Part shown: positions 61,505 to 64,000 of the stretch, in pieces
How positions within the stretch are numbered: the stretch's first letter is position 1
Layout: each line of letters begins with the position of its first letter
Assembly (NCBI GenBank): GCA_964016885.1
Contig: OZ024743.1
Location: forward strand, 86,118,001 to 86,182,000
Reading direction: 5' to 3'
Origin: Eledone cirrhosa
Taxonomy: Eukaryota
Length of the DNA stretch: 64,000 bases
Notes under the pieces: model-generated
The model's input: the letters and a program-made list of their open reading frames with translations, nothing else
Told to the model about the DNA's origin: nothing
Database searches by the model: none
Translations under genes and position numbers: made by a program

Positions 61505-62140
61505 AGAGCAATAAATGAGCTCAAATATGCCAAAGCTGCTGGGGATCATGAAATTCAGCCCGACATGTTAAAAGCCTTAAATAGAGAAGGTATTCTCTGG
61601 CTGACTTGTGTGTGCTGGGTGGCTTGGATCTTTGGAAAGGCACCTAAGCATGGCAATCAGGAGTGATAATCTCAATTTTCAAAAAGGAAGAGAAGTGAGA
61701 TTGCCTAATTATAGAGTGATCTCCTTGTTAAGTCTCATCAGTAAAGACTATGCTAAGTCTCTGGCAAAGAGATGTAGGGAGATTGTCGAGTCCAAGCTAG
61801 TTGACGAACAGTGTGGGTATGGTCCTAGATGCAGCACAGCTGACCAAATATTCACATTGTGGCAAGTCTTGGAGAAATAATTGGAGTATTACCAAGAGGT
61901 GTATGCTTGTTTCATAGACCTTGAAAAATCATATGCCTGCATTCCCAGGGAGCTATTATGGAAGGTTTTGCAGGAGTATGGGATCAGTGGATAGTTTCGT
62001 GTTACCCTGATGTTTCTATACAAATACTCTAATATTTGCGTTCAGTTTAATAGTGTTAAGTTGAAACCATTCAATGTGGGTGTCAAACTCCATGAAGGGT
62101 GCACACTGCCACGTCTCCTGTTCATAATCTACACGAACAA
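61505..62140 (+). pseudogene. Old RTE (Expander/Rex3-like) RT fragment
   Basis: NYRVISLLS, EQCGY, STADQIFTL, CFIDLEK. Confidence 0.75.
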
Positions 62141-62289
62141 GATTGATAAAATAAAGTACCAGTTAAGTATTAGGGTTAATATAATTGACTTTCCTCTCCT
62201 CCAAATTGGTGGCCGTGTGTTAATTATAGAAAGAATTATATTGTTTCGTTCTGTATATGACAATTCTAAAGGTTATGTCTATATATATA

Positions 62290-62595
62290 TATCATCATAT
62301 AATGTCCATCTTCCATGCTAGCATGGGTTAGACGGTTTTGTTCCATTTGATGTGGGAATAGCAGGTTTTTTTACAGCTGGATGCCCTTCTTAACACCAAC
62401 TATATTTACAGTGTAGACTGGGAGCCCTTTTACCATGTTTCCTACATGACCACCTTATAGTATGGACTGTTGTGTCATCGACACAGTGGATGGTACGGAA
62501 ATAGGAGGATGGGATAGGGTGTGTGGAGTGGGGTGTATATTGGGTTAAGAGGTGCCTACTGACTGTAGGTTTGTATACAAGGGAAGGCGGGTTTT
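62290..62595 (-). mobile_element. RTE 3' UTR fragment
   Basis: gtccatcttccatgctagcatgggttagacgg and ctggatgccctt motifs. Confidence 0.75.
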
Positions 62596-62611
62596 ATATA
62601 TATATATATAT

Positions 62612-62963
62612 GGAGGCACATGGCTTAGTGGTTAGAGTATTGGCCTTGCAATCGAAAGGTTGTGAGTTCAATTCTCAGACCGGGTGATGTGTTGTTTCCT
62701 TGAGCAAGAAACTTTATTTCACATTGCTCCAGTTTACTCAGCTGTAGAAACGAGATGATAGGGACTGAGGTCCTTATCATTCCACTGCAAAGTGGTCGTG
62801 CAGGTGCCACGGCAAAAAAAGCACCCAGCACTCACTGTAAATGAGGTTGGTGTTAGGAAGGGCATCCAGCTGTAGAAATGAAGCCAGCATCAGTTCCCGT
62901 CCTACCCTTGCAAGCAGGGAAAAAGCAGACGTAAAATGAAATGATGATGAATGATGATGATGA
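62612..62963 (+). mobile_element. SINE family 1, independent full-length copy
   Basis: As 5576-5918 but with different flanks. Confidence 0.87.
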
Positions 62964-62998
62964 TATATATATATATATATGTATATATATACTTATAG

Positions 62999-63166
62999 AT
63001 ATTTTCTCACTCAAAATTCATAATGGTGAAAGGAATAAAGAAACCAATGAATCACATAACTTTTTAAGTGATACATCAGAGTATGTTAGTAATGAAAATA
63101 CCAACACAACAGACGATCAGACGGATACATTGTCAAATGATTATATCAATCACAGGAGTATAGCTA
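62999..63166 (+). CDS. Host gene putative exon 6: cytoplasmic repeat exon copy 2
   Basis: cttatag acceptor, A|gtaagt donor, 168 nt, phase 1-1, IFSLKIHNGERNKETNESHNFLSDTSEYVSNENTNTTDDQTDTLSNDYINHRSIA. Confidence 0.65.
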
Positions 63167-63235
63167 GTAAGTATGACTTTCTGAAATATCAATGTATATG
63201 TCAATTGAATATCTGTCCAACCCATCTGATAACTC

Positions 63236-63420
63236 TATCATTGTAACCATGTATGTCATTGTAACCATGTCATAACTGTATGTCATTGTAATCACGTTGT
63301 AACTGTATGTCAGTGTAACCATGTGATAACTGTATGTTATTGTAATCATGTCATAACTGTATGTCATTGTAACCATGTGATATCCTATGTCAATGTAACT
63401 ATGTGATAACTGTATGTCAA
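63236..63420. repeat. 27-bp minisatellite
   Basis: atgtcattgtaaccatgtcataactgt-like units. Confidence 0.85.
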
Positions 63421-63606
63421 TATAGTCATGAATGTGACAATTTTATGTCTGTCCAACCCATGTGACACCTGTATGTCTATGTTGGAACTCTGTTGATTCC
63501 AAAGACGTGCTCTAATTGATTCAATCAACAGACCTACCTACTCATGAAATTAACATGTAAGTGGCCGAGAATTTTACTGACATATTTTCCTCAACATAGT
63601 TCTCAG

Positions 63607-64000
63607 GATGCAGTAGCATCATTGTCAACTGCTACAAAGGTAAAGGTCATGCACTAGATAGAGGAAACTATAGAGGTATAAAGCTGATGGACCAGGTCAT
63701 GAAATTAACAGAAAGAGTTATAGCACAGTTGATTAGGGACTGGGTGAAACTAGATGAGATGCAATTTGGGTTTGTGCCAGGAAGAGGCACCACTGATGCC
63801 CTCTTCCTTGTGAGGCAGTTACAAGAAAAGTACCTAGCTAAAAGTAAGTCGCTCTACCTGGCATTCGTCAATCTCGAGAAAACCTTTGACAGAGTTCCCC
63901 GTGCTATAATCTGGTGGGCTCTTAAAAAACAAGGAGTAGATGAATGGCTTGTGAAAGCTGTACAAGCCATGTATAGGCGAGTGTCAGCAAAGTTATGATT
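63607..64000 (+). pseudogene. RTE family A-related RT fragment
   Basis: NYRGIKLMDQVMK...QFGF...FVNLEKTFD. Confidence 0.9.

Overview
AT-rich, repeat-saturated animal genomic DNA, probably octopus/cephalopod (inferred from Ceph-type CORE-SINEs, Meta-type SINEs and very long (TA)n arrays). Most of the window is nested transposable elements. (1) Three RTE-clade LINE families (A, B, C), including two intact ~1040-1060 aa APE-RT ORFs; all three families carry a C4HC3 PHD-type finger inserted inside the RT domain. (2) A decayed Penelope-like element (probably Naiad-type, RT plus GIY-YIG) and several solo Penelope-like termini, many containing minimal hammerhead ribozymes. (3) An R4/Dong-like element, a Helitron 3' part, mariner/Tc1 remnants, a TTAA-flanked TIR element, a MITE and three SINE families. 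Several direct and inverted segmental duplications give filled and empty versions of the same sites and point to insertion into (TA)n. Hidden among the repeats, and not recognisable in the ORF track, is a phase-consistent spliced host gene on the + strand (six exons, 41810-63166, open at the 3' end). It would encode a signal peptide, a 12-Cys ectodomain, a TM helix and duplicated Tyr-bearing cytoplasmic exons, and its first exon is itself duplicated. All calls were made by eye; element boundaries are approximate.
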